Assembly (NCBI GenBank): GCA_964016885.1
Contig: OZ024742.1
Span: forward strand, 99,076,001-99,140,000
Origin: Eledone cirrhosa
Taxonomy: Eukaryota
DNA: 64,000 nucleotides
Direction of reading: 5' to 3'
Shown here: one piece after another, positions 1 to 15,717 of the stretch
Position numbering within the stretch: position 1 is the first letter of the stretch
How the letters are laid out: each line of letters starts with the position of its first letter
The notes under the pieces: model-generated
Database searches by the model: none
What the model saw: the letters and a program-made list of their open reading frames with translations, nothing else
Told to the model about the DNA's origin: nothing
Made by a program: the position numbers and the translations under genes

Positions 1-883
1 CCGTTGGTTGAAGCGGTTCTTCCGTCAAACAGTGTCATGTAGTTTCGCCGAATTATGATCATACGTCGAATGAGATCAATGTACCGAACTTCATATCTGA
101 TACTGCTTCCCATGCCTTCATTCTTACCCTAGCTCGGGGATTTTTCTTTATTGAGGTTAACTCCTCAAGGGGTTTTAGTCACTTATATATATAAAAATAG
201 GAAATGCAAAATGAAGCAAGATAACGTTATTCTTTTAATTTATTTTAGAAAATTAAATGTCACACACACACACACACATACACAGAGACACTCACACACA
301 TACACATACACACACACACGCGCACACACAAAGACGCACACACACTTATATACTTACTATAGGACTGTCGTTGAGTCTTGCATATTCCTCCGACCTTTTA
401 ATGTGTTTTATTTATGTCCATATATCACCCGCTTCACGAAGCATTCGTGTCTGGTGTGCCGATTTAGTCACCTACGACCCGATCGTATGATGTACTAGGT
501 TAAATGTTACCAGTAGCACTTGAAGGGTGTGGGTGTAAATACAGCGCCCGTGTGATGGTGTTATATAGAATGAACTAAAATATCAAAGACATCCTACAAT
601 CTATTTAGTGTAATTTAATATAAGCTAATATCTCTGGAATCAGAATCTTGAAATATTGAGGGTGATTATTTTCTTGGGAAGTTTACTAGGTAATACTCAA
701 AACAAATTTTAAAAGCTTTTAACATTTACAAATTTCAACAATTTAACAATTTTTAACAATCTAAGATATTAAAAATGATAGGAGCGTAATCAATGTGTTT
801 AGTGTATTTTAAACAGCTTCAACGCATTTTCAAGTATATAATATTTGTATAAGTTGACTATGTAAACTATTGTAGAGTGAATA

Positions 884-922
<39 letters not shown>

Positions 923-2151
923 ATAATAATAAATTTGAAGACTAAAATACAAAGAGGGTTTGATAAGGATAAATATATATAAAATATATAAGAACCGTAC
1001 AGCAAATATTTATTAAAATTACAGATTAAAGTTTAAGCAAAGAATCGCTCCTTAAAGGAACCTTCTGAAACTAAAAAATCAATCTGTGAACGCAGAAGTA
1101 AATATTTCAAAAAACGTTGCAACTGGAGGAAGACAGGAAGACGAGACTTTGGTTCGTGGAAACGTTCCTTGGCAAAGAACGGGAAAAAACGAAGATAATA
1201 AGTCATTATTTGGAGCGGTGAAAAAGAATTACACGCACAAAGAAAACCACGTTTATGGTATAAAAGAAGTCGTAGACTAATATTCTATTAGGTGGTTCAC
1301 GGAGACGTTCTCTGGCAATGAACGGAAAAAAACGAAGAAAAAAACGAAGAAAAAACGAAGAAAATACGTCATTATCTGGATCGGAGAGAACAATTGCACG
1401 CAAAGACAAAACCACGTAAATGGTATAACTAAAGTCGTAGACTAAAATTCTACCTAGGAAACCGAATGATTCTCGGCTTCAGAGTTAAGAATAAAGTAAA
1501 TAAAACACAGAGGTAATTGAAATTAAATAAATACATACACCATCCATATACGAACATATACAAGCATACGCGAAATCACTCGCCATAAGTATACAAATAC
1601 AAGCACGTACACAAAAAAACATGCACACACATACAGAAACCACGCAATGCCTGTACCCACACACATACGAATGTATACACCAAATACACATAAAAATATA
1701 TATAAAATATATATATATATGTGTGAGTGTGTGTGTGCGTGTATACATATAATTAAATAAACGTATATAAATAAATAAATACGTATATAACGCGCCCACA
1801 CACATACCTACATGTAAATACACATATGTTCGGAGACTACGTCAACCAAAACACAAAGTACACGTATACACACACCCTACATACGTACGAACCCGCATAC
1901 TCACACAGACGCAAAACTCGCGTATACATATAACCAAATGCATATGTACCAGAATATATAATATATACGCCATAACATATACAATCAAATATACGTACGA
2001 GAAAGTATACGTACCTTCACAAAACATACAGGTAAAATATAGTTACCTATACAAATAAATAATGGTATAAACCTAACATATACTTAGCTACCACATCAAG
2101 ACGTAAAATATCCGCGTATAGTTCAAACTATCCGTTAGGGTATAATGTAAT

Positions 2152-2339
2152 TGTTTCTACTATTGGCACAAGGCCAGCAATTATCCCAGCGCATTACTGG
2201 TACTTTATTTTATCGACCCCGTAAGGATGAAAGGCAAAGTTAACCTTGGCGGGATTTGAAATCAGAATGGCAAGGGCCGTAACTCTATGCTGTAAAGCAT
2301 GGCTTCCGACCCTCTACCGATACTGCCAATCTACCGCCT
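2152..2339 (-). mobile_element. tRNA-derived SINE with 17-bp TSD
   Basis: A-box TGGCAGTATCGG, B-box-like GATTTCAAATCC, core GCCTTTCATCCTTACGGGGTCGATAAA; TSD ttagggtataatgtaat at 2135-2151 and 2340-2356. Confidence 0.9.
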
Positions 2340-2356
2340 TTAGGGTATAATGTAAT

Positions 2357-2970
2357 ACAGGCTGTAATACAGGAAAGTTTTGTGCAATTTATGTTTACAA
2401 GCCGAAATTGCCTCAGATTTTTTGTTTAAGATGTGGTCTTTGGCGTAGAGAATTTCCAGGGCCTCAGCGGCGCAGAGATCACATGGTCTTTTATTTACGT
2501 TATACGATCTAGCCTGAACTAGGATTTCCCAATGTAATTCATATTGGGCGTGGTTGTCTTTCAGACTCCAGATATAAGCTGAAAGGGACGTCATATTCCT
2601 TCTTAAAGTGTTAAGAGAAGAATGGGTATGCATGTAAAGACGCTTCTGGAATCTATTGGCGGTTAACCCTATGTAGGCCCTACAGCATGTGGGTGTTTCA
2701 ACCTTACATTTGTAGACAATGTTACTAGAGAGGGATTTCCCGGATAGGGGGCAGTCAACCCGATTCCTACAATTACAGTTAGTACTAGCTACAGGGTTGC
2801 ACGTGTTCCTACGGCTAGGTAGTTTCGCTAAATTTGAAGCTGTGGTGTTATGTGCAAGGTTAGGAGTCATTGAGTAAGAACTTTTAATGGTATTTCTATT
2901 AAAAATGTTACTATATTTATGTGTTGGGGGAAAATGTTTCATAATAAGGGAGCGAAAGATCTTAACTAAT
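2357..2970 (-). pseudogene. GIY-YIG endonuclease fragment of Penelope-like element
   Basis: IVY/YIG motifs, CxC..CPL linker and C-terminal CxLC/LNxxSE; homologous to ORF 17840..18979. Confidence 0.9.
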
Positions 2971-3246
2971 GACACACACACACACACATACACACACACA
3001 TACACGCACACACACTAATATATGTTTTCGATAAATATACTTCCACCCACTCTCCACGATTATTCTAGCTCAACTTGACCAGGCAGATACACTCTGATAG
3101 ACACATGGTCATACACATACATATAAATGTTCAATAAGCCAGATAACTACACACACAACCACTCCCTAACCACAAACAAATTAACACTTGCATGAAGAGA
3201 ATTTATAATTGGATAAATAATGCATGCATTTATTTGGACATACTAC

Positions 3247-3336
3247 ACCCATGACGATAAAGCCAGTAAAACTGACATTTAAATCGGCAATCAGTCTGTA
3301 ACTAGCCGTTGAAACAGCAACAGCTCAGCCGTCGGT
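3247..3336 (+). ncRNA. degenerate type I hammerhead ribozyme (family A-like)
   Basis: accc-AUGACGA-...-GAAAC-agcaacagcucagcc-GUC-ggu; stem III related to the family A copies. Confidence 0.5.
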
Positions 3337-3581
3337 TCGTCATTATTTATAATATAACTATACTCAGCTATGTTTAGTACCAAGTATGCTGTTGAGTAAT
3401 GTTTTAACCAGTTACAAACTGAATTCATCCTGATTTATATATATATATATGTATGTATATATAAATAGATAGAGAGAAGGAGACAGAGTAGGAAGAGAAA
3501 GAGAGAGAAAGAGAGATGTGTGTGTGTGAGTGTGTGTGTGTGTGTGTTTGTGTTTATGTCTGTGTGTGTATTTGTGTTTAT

Positions 3582-3670
<89 letters not shown>

Positions 3671-3981
3671 CAGTATAAATTGTTTTGGTAAAAGCAGGAG
3701 TAGACTGTAGTTACGATGGAGATTCAGTATAGAATAACATTAAAAGAAATGCTAAACGAAATATATAACATCACCATCTTTCTTAATTTATTCTTATTAT
3801 TATATATATATATATAAATATATAACAAAGAAAGATGTGGTAAGATACCAGCTGAGTCATAACGCCCCAGAGTACTCGATGCTTAGGGTAGTAGAGTGAG
3901 TAATAGAAAAGAGTCATATAGATACACACACACACACAGACACACACATACATATATATATATATATATTTAATATAGAAG

Positions 3982-4032
3982 AGCTTCTACAGGACTAGAA
4001 CTGTTTCATTCGTAAGATATCCTCTGGAAGCT
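3982..4032 (-). ncRNA. type I hammerhead ribozyme, CAGAGGA core variant (family E)
   Basis: agcuuc-CAGAGGA-uaucuuacgaau-GAAA-cag uucuaguc cug-UA-gaagcu; 6-bp stem I, GUA cleavage triplet, weak stem II. Copy at 7227-7277 has CAGGGGA. Confidence 0.65.
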
Positions 4033-4074
4033 GGCTGTCCTAGTAAATGAGGTGGTCTTTTTTTTTGTATGAAA

Positions 4075-4670
4075 ATTGTATGTATGATGTGGAAAAGCTA
4101 GAATCGGAAGGTAAGCTACAAATAACTCACTGATTCTCACAATTAACAAGTCTACGTAGATTAATTTATAAATTACCTATAGACATAGGAGGCCATAACT
4201 GGATACCGAAACCAATGGTCTCGCATACTTGATAATTGTATGAATGTGTATTTATAATAAATAAGCCCTCTTGCAATAGCTTGTTTTCATTGACCTCATA
4301 TCTAGGAATATGCTGCATACACATATACATACATACAAGTAAATGTGGTGGTATTTATATCTTTTCTTTTCTGGTGGTGGGAAAAGAAAAGATATAAATA
4401 CCACCACATTTACTTGTATGTATGTATATGTATATGCAGCATATTCGTAGATATGAGGTCAATGAAAACAAGCTCAATCTATTATAAATACGCATTCATA
4501 CAATTATCAAGTAAGCGAGACCATTGGTTTCGGTATCCAGTTATGGCCTCCTGTGTCTATAGGTAATTTATAGATTAATCTACGTAGACTTGTTAATTGT
4601 GAGAATCAGTGAGTTATTTGTAGCCTACCTTCCGATTCTAGCTTTTCCACATCATACATACAATTTTCAT
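4075..4670. repeat. ~300-bp fold-back (inverted duplication) containing a decayed HHR-like motif
   Basis: 4075-4375 is the reverse complement of ~4381-4670. 4182-4222 reads ga-CAUAGGA-gg cca uaac ugg aua cc-GAAA-ccaaugg-UC-uc. Confidence 0.75.
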
Positions 4671-4679
4671 GCTAAAAAA

Positions 4680-5019
4680 ATCCATCCACAACAAACATCA
4701 ATCTCGCCTCTCATAAAACCATTAGGGCACAAATATTTTACCTAAACTGATCCCCCTCCCCTTTAACATCTCTCCAAAACAAATAAAACCGGAAACAGAT
4801 CCCGTTAATGTCAAAATGTCTTTAGACAAATTCCTCCGAGAAATTCCAGATAAATTTCCTAAACTCGGATATGTCTCCGAATACAATAACTTTTTATTTG
4901 AGTGAGCTATGGTGTCCAAAACATGACTGAAGTGTAAATCATGATTTGAAAACATCGGCCAGTCATGGTATTAAATTAGACATGGCCTTGGCCAATACAG
5001 GTCGAAACCTATCAGTTAT

Positions 5020-5025
<6 letters not shown>
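4680..5025 (+). mobile_element. 3' end of CR1-group LINE (second copy 7648-7993)
   Basis: + strand translates VNVKMSLDKFLREIPDKFPKLGYVSEYNN, a typical CR1/L2-group ORF2 C-terminus; short (ATC) tail. Confidence 0.65.
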
Positions 5026-5063
<38 letters not shown>

Positions 5064-5154
5064 CGAAGGAAAAGTGCTAAGGAACCAGATGGACCATAAC
5101 GCACCAAAGTACGCAATACTTAGGGTAGTAGAGTGGGTAATAGGAAAGAGTAGG

Positions 5155-5250
5155 ACCTCGACGGCTGAGCTCAAGCCGTTTCGACGGCTAATTCTTGACT
5201 AAATGAAAATGTTTATCCTGGTAAATGAGTAGCCGAACTTCTCAGGGGGT
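5155..5250 (-). ncRNA. hammerhead-like motif family A (CUGAGAA core)
   Basis: acccc-CUGAGAA-guucggcua...uagccguc-GAAAC-ggcu ugagcuc agcc-GUC-gaggu; long stem II, 6-bp stem III. Confidence 0.6.
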
Positions 5251-6705
5251 AATTCCATATATAGTAAAAGTGATTTTCACAAGGATTGGTCAAAAGTTTG
5301 TTGTTGAGACACATGATTCTATCATGGCATTTTGTGGAAGGTAGGGGTAGGTGAACTTGCCAGTAGAAGAAAGATGGAGAGGGAGAGGAGGAAACCCAGT
5401 CGAGTGTTGAAAGTGACGACTACAGCAGATTCTAAGAAAAAGGTCGAAAAAAGTCTACTATAGAGGGGGACGGGGGAGGAAGTCGAAACAATAAGTAAAT
5501 CTATATGGAGTAAATATATAGAAAAATATAAAAATATAAAAAAATAAAAAAACACAATCATCAAATCTCTCACTGCTGGTACTGCTAAACTATAGAAAAG
5601 TTTAATAGGTGGGACGGAATACTAAATGGGAGACTGTAGTGAAAGAATTTTATGAGTTAGTAGTAATCGGCCAAATCTATCTTACAATAACAGGTCAACA
5701 AGTAGGGGGCCAAAATACTAAAAAAACTAATACGAAGTAATAATTCAGAAACCCGAAACTAATACGAAATATTAATTCAGAATCCCGAAAATGAATACTA
5801 ATACGATATATAAGAGTACTGCTACAATACATAAATTCTAATACAAACTACATAAATGCTCGTACGATATATATGAAAAACTAATACGAAAAATTTAATA
5901 CGAAAAATAATTCAGAACGCCCCCCCCCCCCCCCCCCATCCCCCAAAAAAGAAAATAATTACTGATATACGAGAAACTAAAGCAGAGATACCACTAAGAA
6001 ATCTAGAAATCACGGAAATGGGGCAGCAATCAGATAAGAAAGCAAGTATCTGGGGTCTAGCACATCTGCTATAAAAAGCGGAACCGGCCAATTCTATCAT
6101 AGAATAGGGGGCGGGTACTTAGGCTAAAGAGCACCGAACGGCTGCCTCGGGGGTGGGCGAGAAGGTGAAAAGAACGACGACAAAGAAGGAGATCTGGGGT
6201 GGAAGGACTAAGAAGGGATGGGGGGGAAGAAGGAAATATAGAGGAAACGATAAAAAATATATAAGAAAATCTTACGTCTACCTTTGTCAGCGGGGAATTA
6301 CCCATTACAAAGTCGGCAAGTGGGGTGTTTCAGCCCTAGTCTACCCCCCCCCCCCCCGCCGGGTCATTTTGTGGTTTGAGGGCGAGGTAAGTCCTACGCA
6401 ATCTGTGTTTGCATGCAGTTACCAGTTCGTCTTTCTTGTTTAGGAGTTGGTCCGTCGAAAACAACATTTATAATGTTTCCTCCGAGCATAAGTTACACGG
6501 ACGGCGTCCTCCCGTGTAAGAGTTGGCTCTGGACAGTAAGCTCCAAGTGAGATTATAGGTTATATTGTTATATTTGAGGTCCCAGATGTGACCCGAAAGT
6601 GTAGTGACGCGACGTTCAAGGAACTATCACGATTTTTCTCTTTCTTTCTCTCTATATATATGTTTATATATATAAATATATGTGTGCTTGTGTTTGTGTG
6701 TGTGC

Positions 6706-6834
<129 letters not shown>

Positions 6835-7130
6835 CAGTATAAATTGTTTTGGTGAAAGCAGGAGTAAACATTAGTAGACTGTAGTTACGATGGAGATTCA
6901 GTATAGAATAACATTAAAAGAAATGCTAAACGAAATAAATAACATCAGCATCTTTCTTAATTTATTCTTATATATATATATATATATATAAATATATAAC
7001 AAAGAAAGATGTGGTAAGATACCAGCTGAGTCATAACGCCCCAGAGTACTCGATACTTAGGGTAGTAGAGTGAGTAATAGAAAAGAGTCATGTAGATACA
7101 TACACACACATACACACACACATTTACACA

Positions 7131-7217
<87 letters not shown>

Positions 7218-8113
7218 ATATAGAATAGCTTCTACAGGACTAGAACTGTTTCATTCGTAAGAAATCCCCTGGAAGCTGGCTGTCGAAGTAAATGTGGTGG
7301 TATTTATATCTTTTCTTTTCCTACCACCAGAAAAGAAAAGATATAAATACCACCACATTTACTTGTATGTATGTATATGTGTATGCAGCATATTCGTAGA
7401 TATGATGTCAATGAACACAAGCTCAATATATTGCAAGAGGGCTTATTTATTATAAATACACATTCATACAATTACCAAGTATGCGAAACCATTGGTTTCG
7501 GTATCCAGTTATGGCCTCCTGTGTCTATAGGTAATTTATAGATTAATCTACGTAGACTTGTTAATTGTGAGAATCAGTGAGTTATTTGTAGCTTACCTTC
7601 CGATTCTAGCTTTTCCACATCATACATACAATTTTCATGATAAAAAATCCATGCGCTACAAACATCAATCTAGCCTCTCATAAAACAATTAGGGCCCAAA
7701 TATTTTACCTAAACTGATCCCCCTCCCCTTTAACATCTCTCCAAAACAAATAAAACCGGAAACAGATCCCGTTAATGTCAAAATGTCTTTAGACAAATTC
7801 CTCCGAGAAATTCCAGATAAATTTCCTAAACTCGGATATGTCTCCGAATACAATAACTTTTTATTTGAGTGAGCTATGGTGTCCAAAATATGACTGAAGT
7901 GTAAATCATGATTTGAAAACATCGGCCAGTCATGGTATTAAATTAGACATGGCCTTGGCCAATACAGGCCGAAACCTATCAGTTATCATCATTATATATA
8001 TATATATATATAGTAATAATAATAAATTTGAAGACTAAAATCCAAAGAGGGCTCGATAAGGATAAATATATATCAAATATATAAGAACCGTAGAGCAAAT
8101 TTTTATTAAAATA

Positions 8114-8189
8114 ACAGATTAAAGTTTAAACAAAGAATCGCTGCTTTCACCCTTAACGGGTTCTTCTGAAACTAACAAAGTCAATCTGT
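8114..8189 (-). ncRNA. type I hammerhead ribozyme family D (CAGAAGA core)
   Basis: Reverse-complement copy of 9101-9176 with a stem III substitution. Confidence 0.65.
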
Positions 8190-9100
8190 AAACGCAGAAG
8201 TGGATATTTCAAAAAACGTTGCAACCGGAGGAAGACAGGAATACGATACTTTGGTTCGTGGAAACGTTCCCTGGCAAAGAACGGGAAAAACGAATATAAT
8301 ACGTCATTAATAGGAGCGGTGAAAAACAATTACGCGCAAAGACAGAACCACGTTTATGGCATAAAAGAAGTCGTAGACTAATGTTCTCTGAGGTGGTTCA
8401 TAGAGACGTTCTCTGGCAATGAACGGAAAAAACGAAGATATTACGTCATATTTGGAGCGTGGAGAACAATTGCAAGCAAAGACAAAACCCCGTAAATGGT
8501 ATAGCTGAAGTTGTAGACTAAATTCTAACTAGGAAGCCGAATGAATCTCCGCTTCAGAGTTAAGAATAAAGTAAATAAATACAATACAGAGGTAATAGAA
8601 ATTAAATAAATGCATACACGCATGCAAATACGTACATACACAAACATACGCAAAACACTTGCTATAGGTATACAAAACCACGCACATATAAATATGTGTG
8701 TGTGTGTGTGTGTGTGTGCGTGTGCGTGTATACAAATAAATAAATAATTAAATAAACGTATATAAATAAATAAATACGTATATAACAAGCGCACACACAT
8801 GCCTACATCTAAATACAAAAATGTTAGGAGACGTAAGTCAACCAAAACATGAAGTACACATATAAACATCACCCAAACATACGTACGAACCTGCATACTC
8901 ACGCAGAATTAGTCTACGACTTCTTTTATACCATAAACGTGGTTCTGTCTTTGCGCGTAATTGTTTTTCACCGCTCCTATTAATGACGTATTATATTCGT
9001 TTTTCCCGTTCTTTGCCAGGGAACGTTTCCACGAACCAAAGTATCGTCTTCCTGTCTTCCTCCGGTTGCAACGTTTTTTGAAATATCCACTTCTGCGTTT

Positions 9101-9176
9101 ACAGATTGACTTTGTTAGTTTCAGAAGAACCCGTTAAGGGTGAAAGCAGCGATTCTTTGCTTAAACTTTAATCTGT
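9101..9176 (+). ncRNA. type I hammerhead ribozyme family D (CAGAAGA core)
   Basis: acagauuga cuuuguu aguuu-CAGAAGA-accc guuaa gggu-GAAA-gca gcgauucuu ugc-UU-aaacu uuaaucugu; extended stem I with internal bulge. Confidence 0.75.
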
Positions 9177-9187
9177 TATTTTAATAA

Positions 9188-9228
<41 letters not shown>

Positions 9229-9318
9229 GAAGGAAAAGTGGTAAGGAACCAGATGGAACATAACGCACCAGAGTACTCAATACTTAGTGTAGTAGAGTGG
9301 GTAATAGGAACGAGTAGG

Positions 9319-9414
9319 ATCCCGACGGCTGAGCTCAAGCCGTTTCGACGGCTAATTCTTGACTAAATGAAAATGTTTATCCTGGTAAATGAATGGCCGA
9401 ACTTCTCAGGGGGT
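9319..9414 (-). ncRNA. hammerhead-like motif family A
   Basis: Same motif as 5155-5250; a + strand degenerate copy lies at 11309-11403. Confidence 0.6.
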
Positions 9415-10536
9415 AATTCCATATATGGTAAAAGTGATTTTCACAATGATTGGTCAAAAGTTTGTTGTTGAGACACATGATTCTATCATGGCAATTTGTG
9501 GAAGGTAGGGGTAGCTGAACTTGCCAGTAGAAGAAAGAGGGAGAGGGAGTGGAGGAAACCCAGTCGAGCGTTGAATGTGACGACTACAGTAGATTCTAAG
9601 AGAAAGGTCGAAAACAGTATACTAGAGAGGGGGACGGGGGAAGAAGTCGAAACAATAAGTAAATCTATATGGAGTAAATATATAGAAAAATATAAAAATA
9701 TAAAAAAATAAAAAAACACAATTTCTGGTTACTATTCCCCTTCCACAATCATCAAATCTCTCACTGCTGGTACTGCTAAACTATAGAAAAGTTTAATAGG
9801 TGGGACGGAATACTAAATGGGAGATTGTAGTGAAAGAATTTTATGAGTTAGTAGTAATCGGCCAAATCTATCTTACAATAACAGGTCAACAAGTAGGGGG
9901 CCAAAATACTAAAAAAACTAATACGAAGTAATAATTCAGAAACCCGAAACTAATACGAAATATTAATTCAGAATCCCGAAAATGAATACTAATACGATAT
10001 ATAAGAGTACTGCTACAATACATAAATTCTAATACAAACTACATAAATGCTCGTACGATATATATGAAAAACTAATACGAAAAATTTAATACGAAAAAAT
10101 AAGTCAGAATCCCCCCCCCCTCCCCCCAAAAAAAAATAATAATACAAAGAAAATAATTACTGATATACGAGAAACTAAAGCAGAGATACCACTAACAAAT
10201 CTAGAAATCACGGAAATGGGGCAGTAATCAGATAAGAAAGCAAGTATCTGGGGTCTTGTACATATGCTATAAAAAGCGGAACCGGCCAATTCTATCATAG
10301 AATAGGGGGGGGGATACTTAGGCTAAAGAGGACCGAAGGGCTGCCTCGGGTGGGCGAGAAGGTGAAAAGAACGACGACGAAGAAGGAGATCTGCGTAGGA
10401 AGGACTAAGAAGGGATGGGGGGGAAGAAGGAAATATAGAGGAAACGATAAAAAATATATAAGAAAATCTTACGTCTACCTTTGTCAGCAGAGGTTACACA
10501 TTACAAAGTCGGCAAATGGGGTTTTTCAGCCCTAGT

Positions 10537-11103
10537 CTACCCCTGGTTATTGGTGATGTTTCTAGGATGGTTTGACCGGAGGTGGATATAGTGCAGGTTG
10601 TTGTTGGGTTTCCTGTATGGATAATACAGATCACAATCGAGGTCAAGTGTAACGTCCAGGAAGATTGCACGGGTTAGGGACGTTTGTAGGGTTATTTTAA
10701 ATCCCCTGTCGCGGAAGAAGCTGATTAATTGTTTACGGACCGGGACTGTACTACTGGGGTTGTACCCTTTAAGGGTAAGGAGCCCATCATCACGGTACAA
10801 TCCACCGCCGAATGCAGGAAACATATCGGTGAGTATAATTAGTAGGAATAATCCTATAAGATCTGTAACCTCAGCCGAATCCGTCGCGCCCATACTGACG
10901 TCGAAGGGGGAGTCGGGAGCTCTCTTTATCCATTTGAAGTTGTCGAAAAGTAGGATTGTCTTCCTGGCGTGGACGATGATATTTCTTTCCTGGTCGGTGA
11001 TGGGCGCAAGTGTCTCGGCAAAGTCCAAGGCGGCCGTTAAGAGCGGTAAGGTAAGTGAAGCATAGTAACTCTCTATGTCAAACTGTATGTATACTGGATG
11101 CAT
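10537..11103 (-). pseudogene. Penelope-like reverse transcriptase fragment
   Basis: FDIESYY, FDVSMGATDSAEVTDLIG, YRDD, FLDVTLDL, PYRKPN, SNHP motifs. Confidence 0.92.
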
Positions 11104-11413
11104 AGTTTTTTTCGACCTCTTCCTTAGAATCTGCTGTAGTCGTCACTTTCAACGATCGACGGGGTTTCCTACACTCGCTGTCCCTCTTTCTTCTACTGGC
11201 AGGTTCAGCTACCCCTACCTTCCACATAGTGCCATGATAGAATCATGTGTCTCAACAATAAACATTTGATCCATCCTTGTGACAATCACTTTTACCATAA
11301 ATGGAATTATCCCATGAGAAGTTGGGCTCTCAATTTACCAGGATAAACTTTTCATTTAGTCCAGAATTAACCGTCGAAACAGCTTGAGCTCAGCCGTCAG
11401 GGTCCTACTCGTT

Positions 11414-11466
<53 letters not shown>

Positions 11467-11471
<5 letters not shown>

Positions 11472-11730
11472 AAAGAATAGAGGTGTAACACACAAGTTAT
11501 TATATATTGGTAAACGGAATAGAAAATGCTGACAAATTGTTCACAGTTGAAAAATGGTTTAATTAGGAATAAAAGAGTATTAGTGATTGTATGGGTTAGT
11601 ATTCAGTTGTGGTTTTAAGTTTTTAAGTTTTTACCGGTTGCGCATTTCTAAATGCTTTTCAAAAATAATTTTGAGATAGAGTGTCCGTGCTGTTTGCTAG
11701 CACGGACACTCTATCTCAAAATTATTTTTT
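11467..11730 (-). mobile_element. short pLTR-like module, family F (second copy 23780-24222)
   Basis: Near-identical to 23780-24020; short fold-back centred near 11699; flanked by (TA)n. Confidence 0.7.
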
Positions 11731-11731
11731 T

Positions 11732-11815
<84 letters not shown>

Positions 11816-12002
11816 AGAGAATTCACAAGAATCTCTTGTGAATTCTATATAACTGCTCTGTAGAAGAACTGATGTTATTGCATTGAGCTATTTATCTTAC
11901 TGGTAATAAGGTAGTTATAAATTACTGACCTTCAATGTTTAGGGTTTAAAATATATATAACTAAAAAAAGTTTTAGTATATACATAACCATAAATAGTAT
12001 CC

Positions 12003-12071
<69 letters not shown>

Positions 12072-12126
12072 TATACACATATGTATATGTGTGTGTGAGC
12101 GTGTATGTGTATATACATATACACAC

Positions 12127-13732
<1,606 letters not shown>

Positions 13733-14207
13733 GTATATATATATATACATACACGTACACACACACATATACATATGTGTATATATATGTATATAGATAT
13801 ATATATATATAATATATTTATGGTTATGTATATACTAAAACTTTCTATTGTTTGATATATTTTAAACCCTAAACAGTGAAGGTCAGAATGCGATGAAATA
13901 CCAATTATGGTTGGAAAATCACTGACAAAGGACTATTTTTATCATATGTGACCCATGTGCAACCACGCAGTATTCTTCTTTCTTCTCATGTTTTATATAT
14001 ATTTATATATATATATATATATAGTATTAGTTATACTATTTATGGTTATGTAAACACAAAACCTTAAGCAGTTGTAAGTATTTTACACACACCTTAAATA
14101 GTGGTAGGCAGTAATGTATTACTACCTTATTACCAGTAAGTTAAGTAGCTCAATGTAAAAACATCAGATGATTTACAGAGCAGTTATATGAGATATAAGA
14201 ATCAAAG

Positions 14208-14296
14208 AACTGTTCAAAACATTATTGTGCTTACAGCTGTTTCCTCCAAACCGAGGTTTGGATTCTTCGGAGCAATTTATTAATGCATGGACAGTT
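14208..14296 (-). ncRNA. type I hammerhead ribozyme of Penelope pLTR (CCGAAGA core)
   Basis: Reverse complement of 20401-20489. Confidence 0.8.
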
Positions 14297-15717
14297 ATAT
14301 GACCTCCTTTTCAGCCGAGAGACATACCAACACATATTCAAACATTGATACATATTCAAACATTGTGGGTCAACATTCATTACAAAATTTAGAGTGGCAG
14401 TACACACTTCGAGATTACATTTATATTAATAGGTACAATCAAAAATCAAAGATATAGGTTAAAGTACAACATGAAGATAAGTGGTTATATAGTGCAAATG
14501 TTATATGTGTGGCACGCATGTGCGTCTTGTTTATATAGTGTGGCAGAGAGATATGTGTGGTAGAGGCACTTAGGTAGGTAAATAAGAGTGTTAGGTTGGT
14601 AGATCTGGTGGCAAAGTCTTTATATGATTGATGTAGTCTGTGTGTGGAGAAATATTATAAGCATTAAAGATAGTGCAAGCATTAAAAGTGTTATAAGTAT
14701 TGGAGATGCACAACGCAGGGATGTCAAGTAATTCATGTACTTCGGCATTTTCATGGTCAAGGGAGTGTATATTTCGATTATATGCCCTTCACATAATCCA
14801 CGACAATCCAGTTAGAGATCGTAGTCTGGTGTTCTTTAGTTCGATACAGGAGGTTGTTACGTTTCGAGAGACGCCATTGAATACCGGAAGTGTGTGTGTG
14901 GCTAAGGGGAGTTAATGCATGCGGGGAGGTAACTCTGTGGTTTCCATATCTAGCCATTAAAATGTGTCCCAATATGGACCCTAAATTCTATGGTGAGGTG
15001 CACCTTCCAAGAGAGACTTATAAAGCATAAAGTGTACTAACTATAGAGTAGATTAACTAAATTATGCTGAAGGTGATCATATTATTATTAAGGTGGATTA
15101 ACCCATCTTAAGGTGCTACAAATGGAAATTATAGATGATGAGCGAGGATTCTAAATTAATGATCTCTGTGGTTGTAGTCTGCTCATATGACCAGGCGCGG
15201 TGATTGCAGGATTGCTTCAGGACCCAATGATCTCTGGTAAGATCTGGGTCATCGCTTGCTACATTGGATGTCGAAAGATAATCGTCCCCAGGCAGGCCAA
15301 AGGTCAATCCGCAGTCCTCGCGACCCCTCTCTGACCGTCAGATCATCCATATACGTACAACCCGCACGGCAGTTGCATTGCATTCACTCACTGCGCTCAG
15401 CAGCCCGGTCCTACTGGTCAACAGCGCTACTCGATTAAATCATTTTACATCTGTCTAAGGAAGGTGTTTCCTCTGCCCAACACCATCCAACCGATCAATT
15501 CATGCTCAAATTACCCTTAGAGCGGTGTAGTGCCGTCCAGGTGGGTGGATGTTGTCACACCTGCCGTAGAGGTATAAATGGGTATTTTCCCTGCGAAGGG
15601 TTCCAGAGGGATGTCGTTGTTTGTGTTATAATGGATCAGCTAGTGTTGGGTATGTAGTATAGGGTGTGTCTCTGGTGTTTGATGCTAGGTGTGGTGTTAG
15701 GTTCCAGTCCGACATTG

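Larger units (their letters stand above)
918..2970 (-). mobile_element. 5'-truncated Penelope-like (Naiad-type) element, family D: GIY-YIG 3' end plus ~1.2 kb pLTR/3' region, interrupted by a SINE
   Basis: ORF 2340..3011 reads CNCRNRVDCPLSGK...IVYKC...YIGLT...CDLC...LNKKSE. Region 918-2150 recurs at 8012, 20710, 22300 and 44090, and abuts (TA)n. Confidence 0.85.
3669..6346. repeat. first copy of a local duplication (second copy 6833-10543)
   Basis: Collinear near-identical blocks, e.g. ORF 4722..4955 vs 7689..7922 and ORF 5912 vs 10104. Confidence 0.9.
8012..9190. mobile_element. family D pLTR insertion with inverted arm (8012-8905 minus, 8906-9190 plus)
   Basis: Absent from the first duplicate copy; inserted in (TA)n; 8906-9190 is the reverse complement of ~8100-8385. 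Confidence 0.85.
9225..11417 (-). mobile_element. internally deleted Penelope-like element family A: RT fragment + pLTR, with inverted pLTR arm at 11105-11417
   Basis: RT fragment 10537-11103 joins directly to the 3' region with no GIY-YIG; inverted arm on + strand; both ends in (TA)n. Confidence 0.8.

Noticed and set aside
25-105. Minus-strand gaaguucgg...cggcGAAAC resembling family A
   Set aside because: No recognisable core 5' strand; near the window edge
1140-1450. CRISPR-like periodic repeats in the family D pLTR
   Set aside because: Two ~140-bp diverged tandem subrepeats with no unique spacers, in eukaryotic context
4921-5020. cauga-CUGAAGU...GAAA and ggccu..aggyc-GAAAC hammerhead-like pieces
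   Set aside because: Core and stem III do not close properly; the region is a LINE 3' UTR
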